Assembly: GCA_013202845.1 (NCBI GenBank)
Contig: JABMPT010000010.1
Location: forward strand, 59,876 to 123,875
Length of the DNA stretch: 64,000 nucleotides
From: Candidatus Woesearchaeota archaeon
Lineage (GTDB): Archaea > Nanobdellota > Nanobdellia > Woesearchaeales > GCA-2686295
Direction of reading: 5' to 3'
Under the pieces are notes generated by a model. It saw only the letters and a program-made list of their open reading frames with translations. It searched no databases and was not told the origin of the DNA. Below, piece by piece: positions 1-9,266 of this stretch. The translations under genes and the position numbers were made by a program. Positions within the stretch are counted from its first letter, which is position 1. The number at the start of each line of letters is the position of its first letter.

Positions 1-191
1 TGCTCGTCGTCGTGAAAATCCATTGCCAGCTGTTTTCCTGCCAGCTCTTCAGACATCATTCCTGCCCCTGAGAGCAAGTTATCTGTCAAAGTTGTCTTAC
101 CGTGGTCAATATGTGCGCATATAACAATATTCCTAATACTCTCTGGTTTATTCATAATCCTTGTGACCTTATCAACCATCTTTTCTCCCAT
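1..191 (-). CDS. fusA: Elongation factor 2 (aEF-2), N-terminal fragment; the gene runs off the window start
   Basis: Reverse translation gives [64 protein letters not shown]. This has the G1 motif AHIDHGKTT and the typical aEF-2 N-terminus. Confidence 0.85.
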   Translation of the reverse strand, partial: MGEKMVDKVTRIMNKPESIRNIVICAHIDHGKTTLTDNLLSGAGMMSEELAGKQLAMDFHDDE

Positions 192-239
192 TTTATTTTA
201 CCTCTAAAATTGTTTTTATTTTTGAGACCCAAAAATGTT

Positions 240-908
240 TCATTTTATCTCCTCAATTTCATCTATTTTACCTTCAAGGAATGCTTTTATTTGTGAGACA
301 AGTTTGTCCTTTATCTCAGATATGTTTTTGTTGATAACAACTTCAACAAGCAATCCTTCATCTGAATAATAATCTATGAGTGGTTTTGTTTTCTCCTTGT
401 ACACTTCAAGTCTTTTTTTAACTGATTCTGGTTTGTCGTCCTTCCTTTGGAAGAGTTCAGTGCCGCATTTGTCGCAAACGCCCTCGACTTTAGGCTTGTT
501 GCCCACCTTGTTATATATGGCGCTGCATTTCCTACAAGTAATCCTTCCAGATAATCTCTGGATTATTATTTTGTCATCAGCTTTGAAGTTCAGCACATGG
601 GTTATATCGACAAGTTTTTTCAGATACCCTGCCTGAACAAGGTTCCTTGGAAAGCCATCTAGTATGAAGCCATTCTTGCAATCATCTTCTGTAATTCTGT
701 TCTCTAACAGCTTCAGCATCACATGGTCGTCGACAAGTTCCCCTTTTTCCATCACCTTTTTTATCTCATTGCCTAGTGGAGTGTCTCTTTTTGCCTCCTC
801 TCTGAGCAGGTCTCCTGTGGAGATATGAGGGATTTCAAGCACTTCCATTAGTACCTGAGCATATGTACCCTTTCCTACCCCTGGTGATCCTAAAAATAAT
901 AACTTCAT
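240..908 (-). CDS. adk: Adenylate kinase, long-lid type with Zn-binding CxxC...CxxC
   Basis: P-loop GSPGVGKGT. LID with CRKCSAIYN...CDKCG. Typical Adk length of 222 aa. Confidence 0.9.
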   Translation of the reverse strand: MKLLFLGSPGVGKGTYAQVLMEVLEIPHISTGDLLREEAKRDTPLGNEIKKVMEKGELVDDHVMLKLLENRITEDDCKNGFILDGFPRNLVQAGYLKKLVDITHVLNFKADDKIIIQRLSGRITCRKCSAIYNKVGNKPKVEGVCDKCGTELFQRKDDKPESVKKRLEVYKEKTKPLIDYYSDEGLLVEVVINKNISEIKDKLVSQIKAFLEGKIDEIEEIK

Positions 909-1477
909 TTTTTCTGCTTCCTAAAATGTAGGTCTTCGTGAGGATTCTTCCACTCAACTAGCTCATCTTTTTTGAACCAGAGTTTTATCTCCTTCTCAGC
1001 TGTTTTCTTGCTGTCTGAAGCATGTACCAATGTTATAACAGGCCTGTTATAGGCGTTTGCCAATACGTAGGTATCGAATGAATAGTCCCCCCTAATAGTG
1101 CCTGGGGCTGAATTCTCAGGTGATTGTTCTCCAATCATTTTCCTTACAAGGTTTATGGTATTATGACCTTCAAGTACCATTGCAACTACAGGATATATGG
1201 TTAAATCATGTGCTAATGTGTCACAAATCCTTTGACCATGCTTCATTGGATCTTCTTTATTTGCATTCAGATTCTGGTTCTTTATTAGCTTTGTACCAAC
1301 TGACATCAACCATGTATCATCTTTCTTGTAATGTGTTTCTGCCATATTTTTAGGCACTTTCATCATCTTCATAGCTACTATCTTTAAGCCGACTTTTTCA
1401 AATCTGCTTACTATCTTTCCTATAAATCCTCTGGCAACAACATCTGCTTTCAAAATTATCAAGCTTTTTTCGATCAT
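905..1477 (-). CDS. ndk: Nucleoside diphosphate kinase
   Basis: N-terminal LIILKADVVARGFIGKIVSRFEKVGLKIVAMK and the active-site region TLVHASDS (NxxHxSD). It sits in the conserved archaeal position after L24e. Confidence 0.8.
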   Translation of the reverse strand: MIEKSLIILKADVVARGFIGKIVSRFEKVGLKIVAMKMMKVPKNMAETHYKKDDTWLMSVGTKLIKNQNLNANKEDPMKHGQRICDTLAHDLTIYPVVAMVLEGHNTINLVRKMIGEQSPENSAPGTIRGDYSFDTYVLANAYNRPVITLVHASDSKKTAEKEIKLWFKKDELVEWKNPHEDLHFRKQKK

Positions 1478-1489
1478 TTTGTTTCACCT

Positions 1490-1681
1490 TTATGCTTTCT
1501 TACCTTCCTTAACCCTGTGGTACTCGTTCGTCCACCTGGTTGTTCTTGATTTTCTTCCTAGTTTGAGCATGTTTTTTTCGCACTTGCTCGAGCAGAAATC
1601 AAGTATTTTACCGTCTTTCTTAACATACTTCTTTCCTGTTCCTGCTGGAATTGATTTTTTGCAAAAATTGCATCTGACCAT
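1490..1681 (-). CDS. rpl24e: Ribosomal protein L24e
   Basis: CNFCKKSIPAGTGKKYVKKDGKILDFCSSKC zinc-ribbon pattern followed by RKSRTTRWT. Confidence 0.9.
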   Translation of the reverse strand: MVRCNFCKKSIPAGTGKKYVKKDGKILDFCSSKCEKNMLKLGRKSRTTRWTNEYHRVKEGKKA

Positions 1682-1682
1682 T

Positions 1683-1943
1683 TTATTTCCCTCTTCCTTG
1701 CCTGTTCAAAGGCCTTGCTTCGATCTCAGTTTCTCTTAGCATCAGAATATCATCTTTTTGTACAGGTCCTTTGACATTTCTTGTGATGGTTTTGTTCTTA
1801 TCTCTTCCGTCTAGGATCTTGCATCTAACCTGGATAGCTTCTCCTCTTGTTCCTGTTCTGCCGACAATCTCGTCGATACGGGCTGGAACTGCTTGAGAGA
1901 AGTTCACTTGACCTTTTGTTTCTTGTTCAGCCATTTTTGTCAC
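1683..1943 (-). CDS. rps28e: Ribosomal protein S28e
   Basis: PARIDEIVGRTGTRGEAIQVRCKILDGRDKNKTITRNVKGPV matches the S28e OB-fold signature. Confidence 0.9.
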   Translation of the reverse strand: MTKMAEQETKGQVNFSQAVPARIDEIVGRTGTRGEAIQVRCKILDGRDKNKTITRNVKGPVQKDDILMLRETEIEARPLNRQGRGK

Positions 1944-1944
1944 C

Positions 1945-2253
1945 TTATATTTGTTTCAGGACGTCTTTTGCTTCTCCTGCTTTTAGTATTGCTATGGCTG
2001 CTGTTCCAACTGGTAATCCTGCTGCTGCGCCTAGTTGCTCTTTGCTGTCAACCTCAACGTATTTGATTTCTTTCTCCTTGCATAGCAATGGCAAGTGCAT
2101 GATTATTTCTGGTGGTTGAACATCTTTTGCAACTATGACTAGTTTTGGTGTTCCTCTTTCGATTTCTTTGGTCACTTCATTACATCCTTTTCTTATTTTT
2201 CCAGTCTTTCTTGCTAATTCGACTGCTTCATATATTTTTTCCGACATTTTCAA
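1945..2253 (-). CDS. rpl7ae: Ribosomal protein L7Ae (K-turn binding)
   Basis: ARKTGKIRKGCNEVTKEIERGTPKLVIVAKDVQPPEIIMHLPLLCKEKEIKYVEV is the L7Ae/L30e family signature. It is first in the conserved L7Ae-S28e-L24e-ndk cluster. Confidence 0.9.
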   Translation of the reverse strand: MKMSEKIYEAVELARKTGKIRKGCNEVTKEIERGTPKLVIVAKDVQPPEIIMHLPLLCKEKEIKYVEVDSKEQLGAAAGLPVGTAAIAILKAGEAKDVLKQI

Positions 2254-2388
2254 AAACCTCCAAGTAAATCCTTATTGTGAGACACTTAGAATAAGTACCT
2301 CATTCAACTCGTTTTCGAGTTTCATTAATCACTGGTGTTTTGGTGGAAAAATGTACTGTTTATAAAGTTTTTTCTTCAAAAAAAGAAA

Positions 2389-2402
2389 AGCTTTAAATAT
2401 TA
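2389..2402 (+). promoter_or_regulatory. Putative archaeal TATA/BRE element upstream of the PBP-like gene
   Basis: aagctttaaatatt, about 40 nt upstream of the ATG at 2439. Confidence 0.3.
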
Positions 2403-2438
2403 ATGTAACTACCTAGTAGTAAAAGAGATGATCTAGGG

Positions 2439-5252
2439 ATGGGTCTTTCTAAAAAAGTTAGGGAATATTGGAATAATCACACAGTTAGAGAAATAGAAGA
2501 AGACACGCTAGAATACGCCAGGAACATCCCTAAAAAAGTAAAAAATGTTCTAAAAGACCCATTATTGAAAGAAACTGCAAAAAGCATGCTACACACTGCA
2601 AAAATATGGACTACAGGCATAGCAGCAGTGTTAGTAACTTTCTTCGGAGCCAATTCCCAAATGCATTTCATAGAGAAAGGCATAGCAAAAGCGCTCGAAC
2701 GTTATGACAAACAAGGAATATTCTATGAAACAGGCTATCTATGGCAAAAGATAGACTTCCAGAAGAATCTAGAGGAATTAATATCGACAGGAGAGATAAA
2801 GGAAGAACAACCTATGCAAGTAACATCTACTCCACGACCATTTGATGATGTTGGAGATTTCTTTAAGTTTTGGAATAATGAATATAGAGATTACAGGAAT
2901 CTAGCATCAATAGTGTATCACACTGTAAAAGACAATCTTACAATAGCACATCATCTTGAAGGAGTGTTTCCAAGCATCCAGGCTCTCGACGAATTTCCAA
3001 AAAATGATAGTGAAAACATAGTCTTCAACGATAGAAAAGGAAGACAATTAGCCATGATAAGGTCAAATCACAAATATTACACTTTAGATGAGATATCTAA
3101 CACCCTTGAAACAGCTCTGATAATACAGGAAGACGAAAGGTTCAGAAAGCACGCAGGATTTGACTTTATGTCTGCAGTTAGAGCATATTTTGTAAACAAA
3201 AAAGCAGGAAGAATAGTCGAAGGAGCAAGCACCCTTACAATGCAGATAGCAAAGCACCTCTTTGTAAGAAACGGAGCGAATTACGACAAAACCTATGAAA
3301 GAAAAATAAAAGAAATTATGCTAGCTATGCAGATAGATTATACACATTCAAAAGATTTTCAACTTGAATTCTATATGAATAATATATGCGAATTCGGCAA
3401 TGGAGTTGTTGGATTTGGAGACGCATCACTTTTCTATTTCAATAAAAGAGTTGCAGATATTTCTCTTGCAGAAGCAACTTTCTTAGCAGTCATACCAAAT
3501 AATCCGGCAATGCACCCATACAGAGCAGATGGACTTAAACTGATAATGCAAAACCAGGCAAGACTTCTAGAAGAAATGGTTGATGAAAAAGAGATAACTC
3601 AAGAGCAGGCAGACCAGGTAAAAGCAACAGTATTCAATTTCAGCAAACCAAACTCAAGAATAAAAACCCCTTTCCCATACGTAATAGACTTTGTAAACTC
3701 ATATTTCCAATTAGCTTTGGAAGACCTTGGACTTCCGGCTGATGAATTTGACCTAACAAATCCAAATGGATTGTTCAGAATGACAGGAACAGCAGAATTT
3801 AACACAACTCTAGATAGAAACCTCATGTGGATATTGAATAATGCTGTGTTTGAAAGGAGATTTCACTGGAGTCAGGATTATGCATTCATGATAACTAATG
3901 CCAATTCAGGAGAAATAAGAGCGATCTGTTCAAGCGATGAAATAGGGCAGAACGCGAATATGCTGAAAAACTATGATTATCCAACAGGATCATCCCTTCT
4001 AAAACCACTTACTTATGCTCTTGCATTACAAAGTGGAGAGATGGATGTAGGTTCAAGATTTGATGACACAAAAGTAGCTCCAATCATTGAGGTTGATGGA
4101 ATACAGAAAGCATCATTCACAATAACAGACACATCCAGCTGGAATATTAGCAATTACAATAAAAAATTCCATGGAGAGCAATTATGGACAGATCTAGTTA
4201 AGACATCAAATAATATCGTGCCTGCAAAACTAGTCCTTGAGATGAATAATGGACAGATGACAGGTGCAGAAATGCTCAAATGGTACCTCGGACTGCTCGG
4301 GACAGACCTATCCCGGTACACCAAATCAGGTGACGAAATCTACTCGAGCGTCTTGGGAACCATTGAACAAACAGTTTTTGAAGCCAACAGCGGTTTCAGG
4401 GTGTTTCACGACGGAAAACTAATTCGTAATGCAGAAGATGAACCTTCATTGATACTGAGAAACTTCACATTACAAGATCATAAATTTGAAGTTGAAGATA
4501 ATATAGACTATGAGGGAGTATTGGCAGACAATGTTTTACCATACATCCAAGCAGCTCTATGGAAATCACTGAATGGTTCTGTAGGTGGTCTGTCAAGATA
4601 TTATGCTTATGGAAAAACAGGAACATCAGAATTTGAAAGATTCGAGAACACTCATGGCAGACTGACAAACGCGACATGGTACAATCTTGTCATTAAATCA
4701 AAATACTATGGTGACTTGGTATTCACAGGAGTTGCAACAACCCATAAAAAAACAGGATACATTGCTGCAAAAGTTCATGGACCTATTGTAAAGAACCTTG
4801 TCAAGAAACTTGGAAAAACTGATTCCAAAGGCCATTTCCGCAACCTTAACAACATAATTGCAGCTTCAACCAAAGAACCTGAAACAGAAGAAGTCTCAAA
4901 GTTTGTAATATCAGATATGTCAGTGCTTATCAATAATTATGTGGCAATGAACGGACCTATGATAAACAAAAGCGGAGAAAGCCATTTCATAAAAGGAGAC
5001 AAAATTTATATTAAAGATAATGCCTATGAAGTGTTAGCAGACCTTTCAACAAGACTTAATGCCAAAAGCAGAAAAAAATACTTGAAAGCATTGAACCAAT
5101 TAAGAAAAGGAGTGTATACAAGAAATATTCCATTAGTGATTGACATAAATGATATCATTGGAACAATGGAAAGCGCAAAGAGACAAGAGCACACCTATAT
5201 TAATTCTTTAGAGATAGGCACAGTTATAAGTCATTTGAGAAAAGAGTTCTAG
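2439..5252 (+). CDS. Class A penicillin-binding protein-like: GT51 peptidoglycan glycosyltransferase plus transpeptidase, N-terminal membrane anchor
   Basis: GT51 motifs QEDERFRKHAGFDF (EDxxFxxHxGxD), GASTLTMQIAKH (GxSTxTQQ), RKIKEIMLAMQID and EFYMNNICEFGNGVVGFGDASLFYFNK. Transpeptidase motifs GSSLLKPLTY (SxxK) and YGKTGTSE (KTG[T/S]). One TM helix near residues 55-75. Confidence 0.75.
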   Translation: MGLSKKVREYWNNHTVREIEEDTLEYARNIPKKVKNVLKDPLLKETAKSMLHTAKIWTTGIAAVLVTFFGANSQMHFIEKGIAKALERYDKQGIFYETGYLWQKIDFQKNLEELISTGEIKEEQPMQVTSTPRPFDDVGDFFKFWNNEYRDYRNLASIVYHTVKDNLTIAHHLEGVFPSIQALDEFPKNDSENIVFNDRKGRQLAMIRSNHKYYTLDEISNTLETALIIQEDERFRKHAGFDFMSAVRAYFVNKKAGRIVEGASTLTMQIAKHLFVRNGANYDKTYERKIKEIMLAMQIDYTHSKDFQLEFYMNNICEFGNGVVGFGDASLFYFNKRVADISLAEATFLAVIPNNPAMHPYRADGLKLIMQNQARLLEEMVDEKEITQEQADQVKATVFNFSKPNSRIKTPFPYVIDFVNSYFQLALEDLGLPADEFDLTNPNGLFRMTGTAEFNTTLDRNLMWILNNAVFERRFHWSQDYAFMITNANSGEIRAICSSDEIGQNANMLKNYDYPTGSSLLKPLTYALALQSGEMDVGSRFDDTKVAPIIEVDGIQKASFTITDTSSWNISNYNKKFHGEQLWTDLVKTSNNIVPAKLVLEMNNGQMTGAEMLKWYLGLLGTDLSRYTKSGDEIYSSVLGTIEQTVFEANSGFRVFHDGKLIRNAEDEPSLILRNFTLQDHKFEVEDNIDYEGVLADNVLPYIQAALWKSLNGSVGGLSRYYAYGKTGTSEFERFENTHGRLTNATWYNLVIKSKYYGDLVFTGVATTHKKTGYIAAKVHGPIVKNLVKKLGKTDSKGHFRNLNNIIAASTKEPETEEVSKFVISDMSVLINNYVAMNGPMINKSGESHFIKGDKIYIKDNAYEVLADLSTRLNAKSRKKYLKALNQLRKGVYTRNIPLVIDINDIIGTMESAKRQEHTYINSLEIGTVISHLRKEF

Positions 5253-5254
5253 CT

Positions 5255-5950
5255 CTACTCTCTATTAGCCCAGTCTACAGCAGCATCAACATCAGAAGTA
5301 GTTAGATCAAGCCATGGTTTTCTTGTCTGGAAAATCTTTGCACCCTTGGAATCCCATAGTAGCAAACCAGAATAAACCTTGCTAGGCTCAATTATGATCT
5401 CTGGAGGAGTAAAGTACGAAGTGTAGAGATTCTCTTTCACCATTCGCTTGTTCAAATCATCAAGGTTTATCTTTCCAAGCAATGCTTTTCTGGCTAGCAA
5501 GTTAATGACTCCCAGGACCTCTTCCTGACCGTCATATTTGACACAGAAGTTCAGGAAAAGGTTATCATAATCCTTTGTATCTTCCATCAGCTTCTTGAAA
5601 GCATCTGTTAATTTCATATCAAGATCAAACCATTTGCCGATAACGAAAACCCTGACCTTGTTTTTCTGGATATCCTCATTATTGATAAGCTCTTTGAACA
5701 GCTTTGTCAATTCAACAATCTCTTCATCAGATTCAGCAGAGATATTGAGTGTGAGTATGGGAAGAGCGTGTTTAATCTGATAATTAACAAAGGTTCTTAT
5801 CTGCTCAATATGCTTGTTCACAGCCTCTTTCTCCTCCTTTTTGTTCTTCTCAGCCCACCCCACAATAGAGCTGCCATTAATAGCTATGTGTAAAGGCTTC
5901 TTTTTCTCCTTTAGAAAATTCAAATCAATCTTTGGGAGTTTTAATTCCAT
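5255..5950 (-). CDS. cis-Prenyltransferase (UPPS) family homolog with degenerate catalytic residues; possible non-catalytic subunit
   Basis: UPPS-fold landmarks: HIAINGSSIVGWAEK in place of H(V/I)AIIMDGNGRWAK, and a C-terminal LLLWDSKGAKIF...VDWANRE. The catalytic Asp/Arg of the DGNxRW motif and the RTGGE region are replaced. Confidence 0.5.
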   Translation of the reverse strand: MELKLPKIDLNFLKEKKKPLHIAINGSSIVGWAEKNKKEEKEAVNKHIEQIRTFVNYQIKHALPILTLNISAESDEEIVELTKLFKELINNEDIQKNKVRVFVIGKWFDLDMKLTDAFKKLMEDTKDYDNLFLNFCVKYDGQEEVLGVINLLARKALLGKINLDDLNKRMVKENLYTSYFTPPEIIIEPSKVYSGLLLWDSKGAKIFQTRKPWLDLTTSDVDAAVDWANRE

Positions 5951-6024
5951 GGTCTAAAGGTTTTTTAGCTCGTTTTTAAATTTTTGTATAAAGGTTTATA
6001 AGAAAACTTTTATTCCTAGACAAA

Positions 6025-6615
6025 ATGGGAAAACACTATCAAGTATTGATGGAAAAAGTAAACAATGGTTTTTTCAAAGATGATGTTATGACTAACGGTA
6101 TGAATTTTCATGAATATCTATGTGATCTTGTGAATAGAGCTCAACTCGTTGAGATACCTTTTATCTCTGCAGATTTACCTGTGCATTTGGGATTGACCAA
6201 AAAAGAATTCTTTTCTCTTGGAAACGATTTTTTAGAATTGAGTAAAAAAAATAATACTGGTATTTTAACACCATACAAAACAACTGCGATAGAAGATCCA
6301 CAATCTGTTGTTATCATGGATGAAAGAGATGTTAATAGATTCTTTATGACAACTTCTCAGTATTTAGATTTTGGAAGAGAGTCTGAGGATATGCTTGCAA
6401 TTTCATGTGGTCAGATTAGTGTAGTAGGATGCACTCATACAGGTATCCTGATGACAGCAAAGCCCTTCTATATACATTTAGATATAGATGGAAAAAAACA
6501 AGAATTAAATCTTAGATTAAGGGCAGTCTCTGTTCAAAACATGAGCGAGTCTGGTATAACTTTTATTGAACAAGCAACTTATTTGAACTCATACTCTAAA
6601 AAAGAAAAAAATTAA
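6025..6615 (+). CDS. Hypothetical protein
   Basis: Clean 196-aa ORF with a TATA-like AT-rich upstream region. No recognisable motif. Confidence 0.4.
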   Translation: MGKHYQVLMEKVNNGFFKDDVMTNGMNFHEYLCDLVNRAQLVEIPFISADLPVHLGLTKKEFFSLGNDFLELSKKNNTGILTPYKTTAIEDPQSVVIMDERDVNRFFMTTSQYLDFGRESEDMLAISCGQISVVGCTHTGILMTAKPFYIHLDIDGKKQELNLRLRAVSVQNMSESGITFIEQATYLNSYSKKEKN

Positions 6616-6690
6616 AATTTCTGAAATAATCTGAGAAGTATATAAAGCTTATTGAAAAATTATTTAAACAATCCCTCTTAATTTTGTCCT

Positions 6691-7548
6691 ATGATTCCGG
6701 TCAACTATGCCTTTGCCTTCTTTGGATTGCTTTTCGCTTCTATATTTGACATCAAAACAAGAGAGATACCTGACTGGCTGAACTATTCATTGATTGGCTT
6801 TGGTTTCGGAACTTCGATAATCCTTTCAATAACAAACCTGAATTACTGGATATTTGTATATTCACTGCTAGGTTTTCTGGCTGGACTGATAATATCATTA
6901 GTTTTCTACTATACAGGGCAGTGGGGTGGAGGAGATGCAAAGATGATGATGGCTTTGGGAGCATTGATAGGACTGGACTTTCATTCTGGCTTCCCGATAT
7001 TTGTTGTGTTGTTGCTCAACATCTTCATAATAGGAGCAATTTATGGCGCTATATGGAGTGTTTTTTTAGCTTTGAAGCACAGAAAACAGTTCAAGAAGAG
7101 CTTTAAAGAAATAATTAGGGAGAAAAACATCTTAATTATAAGAAAGACTATTTTAATTATAGTGGTCTTATTGTTGTTATTCTTATTCATAACTCCCACA
7201 TCTATGAAGCCATTCATAATTGGAATAGCAGCGTTCATATTCTTTGCATTCTACTTCTATATATACAGCAAAGCAGTGGAGAAGTCAGCGATGGAAAAAT
7301 ACATCCCTTTGGAGAAGCTCACAGAAGGAGACTGGGTCCTGGAAACAATATATATCAATGGAAAAAAGATATACAGTCCAAGCAATGAGGGAATAGATAA
7401 GAAAGAGATAAAGAAATTATTAGAGCTGAAGAAACATCACAAGAAGTCAAAGATAAAGATCAAAGAAGGAATTCCGTTCCTGCCAAGCTTCTTCATAGCG
7501 TTTATTGTTACTTTATTATTGGGTAATTGGGTTTTATGGGTGATTTAA
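6691..7548 (+). CDS. A24-family aspartic prepilin/preflagellin peptidase (FlaK/PibD-like)
   Basis: Polytopic membrane protein. Conserved Asp motifs FDIKTREIPD and GGGDAKMM (the GGGDxK of A24 peptidases). Confidence 0.75.
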   Translation: MIPVNYAFAFFGLLFASIFDIKTREIPDWLNYSLIGFGFGTSIILSITNLNYWIFVYSLLGFLAGLIISLVFYYTGQWGGGDAKMMMALGALIGLDFHSGFPIFVVLLLNIFIIGAIYGAIWSVFLALKHRKQFKKSFKEIIREKNILIIRKTILIIVVLLLLFLFITPTSMKPFIIGIAAFIFFAFYFYIYSKAVEKSAMEKYIPLEKLTEGDWVLETIYINGKKIYSPSNEGIDKKEIKKLLELKKHHKKSKIKIKEGIPFLPSFFIAFIVTLLLGNWVLWVI

Positions 7549-7550
7549 TA

Positions 7551-8135
7551 ATGAATAAGATAGCAGTAGATATTGTGTTATTACCATCAGAAGAGATGAT
7601 GGACAAAGCAATAGAGATAAATAAAAAATTATTAAAGAATAACGAACCTAAGATTGTGTTAAATAAAGAAAATTGTCTTCCACACATGTCTCTTTGTATG
7701 GGTGTTATCGACGAGAAAGATGTTGAGCTAGTTGGAAAAGAATTAACAACGATAAGCAAAAGATTCTCTGCTTTTGATTTGTCTTTTAATGAGCTTTTTA
7801 CTTCTGATCTTGGTTTTACAGAACTATCATCTAATAAGCCTGATGATCTTCAATTACTCCATGAAACTATTACTGTTAAACTTGCAAAATTCATGACTTA
7901 TAATGCAACTAGCGACATGCTTTTGTTATCAGATGGAGAGGAGAGTTTTTCTGCTGGTTGGATTAGTGGTTATCATAATAATGCTAGTTTTGAAAATTTT
8001 AGTCCTCATGTGACTGTTGGATATGGTGTTCCAGTCGTTGATCTCCCAATCAATTTTACTGCTTCAAAACTTGCTATTTGTCATATAGGAAATTATTGCA
8101 CTTGTAGAAAACTCTTGTTTGAAAAAACTCTATAA
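7551..8135 (+). CDS. 2H phosphoesterase superfamily protein (LigT/ThpR-like), paralog 1
   Basis: Two H-x-[ST]-x motifs, PHMSLCMG and PHVTVGYG. N-terminal IAVDIVLLPSEE. The ORF track starts at a TTG inside the upstream gene; the ATG at 7551 directly follows the upstream stop. Confidence 0.7.
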   Translation: MNKIAVDIVLLPSEEMMDKAIEINKKLLKNNEPKIVLNKENCLPHMSLCMGVIDEKDVELVGKELTTISKRFSAFDLSFNELFTSDLGFTELSSNKPDDLQLLHETITVKLAKFMTYNATSDMLLLSDGEESFSAGWISGYHNNASFENFSPHVTVGYGVPVVDLPINFTASKLAICHIGNYCTCRKLLFEKTL

Positions 8136-8163
8136 GATAATTTGTTATTAATATTGATATAAA

Positions 8164-8766
8164 ATGGAAAAAATTGCTATTGATATCGCATTATTATTGC
8201 CTGAAGAAATTAATAATATTTGTATTAATATTAATAGAAGTAAAGGAGTTGAAGCTTTTTCCGACTTAAGTAAACATGATAATCACCCTCATATAACTCT
8301 TGCAATGGGAGTAATCGATGAAAACCAGATTGATATTGTTAATAACAAATTAGAAGAAATTACTAAGGATTTTTCAGGTTTTGATTTAGAAATAATTGAT
8401 ATTTTCAATGAAACCACTCCTGAAAATAAAACTTCAACAAGCTTTGTTATCAAACCAAATGCTGAACTAAAAGAATTACATGAAAAAATAATGAATGAAT
8501 TATTACCAATCTTCACTTATAATGTTTCAAAAGAAATGTTTTTCATTGATTCAGATGAAGATTATAAAGAAGTTTCTGAGTATTGGGTTGAAAACTATGG
8601 TACAAATCATAAATATCCTGAAAAGTACAGACCACATATTAGTTTAAAATGTAGACATGGAAAATATAATTCTTTTCCTGTTAAATTCTTCACAAATAAA
8701 CTGGTTATGTGTCAACTTGGTAATTATTGCACTTGTAGAAAAATTCTTTTCGAAGTAAATCTCTAA
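8164..8766 (+). CDS. 2H phosphoesterase superfamily protein, paralog 2 (tandem duplicate)
   Basis: HPHITLAMG and RPHISLKCR H-x-T/S-x motifs. Shares N-terminal IAIDIALLLPEE and C-terminal GNYCTCRKILFE with paralog 1. Confidence 0.7.
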   Translation: MEKIAIDIALLLPEEINNICININRSKGVEAFSDLSKHDNHPHITLAMGVIDENQIDIVNNKLEEITKDFSGFDLEIIDIFNETTPENKTSTSFVIKPNAELKELHEKIMNELLPIFTYNVSKEMFFIDSDEDYKEVSEYWVENYGTNHKYPEKYRPHISLKCRHGKYNSFPVKFFTNKLVMCQLGNYCTCRKILFEVNL

Positions 8767-9266
8767 GGTATCCTATCCAATTGTTTCAATAGATAATTCT
8801 CTTCCTCATCAGACATTGCATCTTCTTCTTTTTCTTTCTTGTCCATCTTTGGAGGATGTTCTGGTTTTTCCTCTTTAGCTTCTTCCTTTGGAACGATTAT
8901 CTTTCCAGAAATAGAACTTGTAGCTGCATCCAGATCAGCAGTTTGTAATTGTTTTGGCTTCCATTGAAAGTTCAAACCATCGTCCTGCATCCTTGCAATT
9001 ACTTCCATGTAGAACTCTTCACCTTCATAAGTTATGATATTAGTACCCTGAGCTCCTATTGTTTCAAAGAGCATGGTGGCTGCGTAACTTGCTAAGTAGA
9101 ATAGATGTTCTGAATGCTCTTCAGAAAGATCATCCATCATCTTGACTTCTTGTTTAGGAATTATGACTATATGCCCTTTTGCAGCGGGTTTCTCGACGAG
9201 AACAGCTGCAGCTATGTCATCCTCGTAGATTATCCTGTCTTTCTTCTCAAGCAGTTCTCTTTTCAT
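8763..9266 (-). CDS. HIT-fold protein with fully degenerate histidine triad and an acidic/Lys-rich C-terminal tail
   Basis: IIYEDDIAAAVLVEKPAAKGHIVIIPK matches the HIT N-terminal half. The triad position reads EFYMEVIAR, with no His. Tail KEEKPEHPPKMDKKEKEEDAMSDEEE. Confidence 0.5.
   Translation of the reverse strand: MKRELLEKKDRIIYEDDIAAAVLVEKPAAKGHIVIIPKQEVKMMDDLSEEHSEHLFYLASYAATMLFETIGAQGTNIITYEGEEFYMEVIARMQDDGLNFQWKPKQLQTADLDAATSSISGKIIVPKEEAKEEKPEHPPKMDKKEKEEDAMSDEEENYLLKQLDRIP

Noticed and set aside
102-296. 64-aa plus-strand ORF at the window start
   Set aside because: Overlaps and is antisense to the aEF-2 N-terminus and the adk 3' end.
7527-7550. TTG start for the first 2H phosphoesterase overlapping the peptidase gene
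   Set aside because: An ATG at 7551 immediately follows the upstream stop and begins the conserved IAVDIVLLP N-terminus shared with the paralog.
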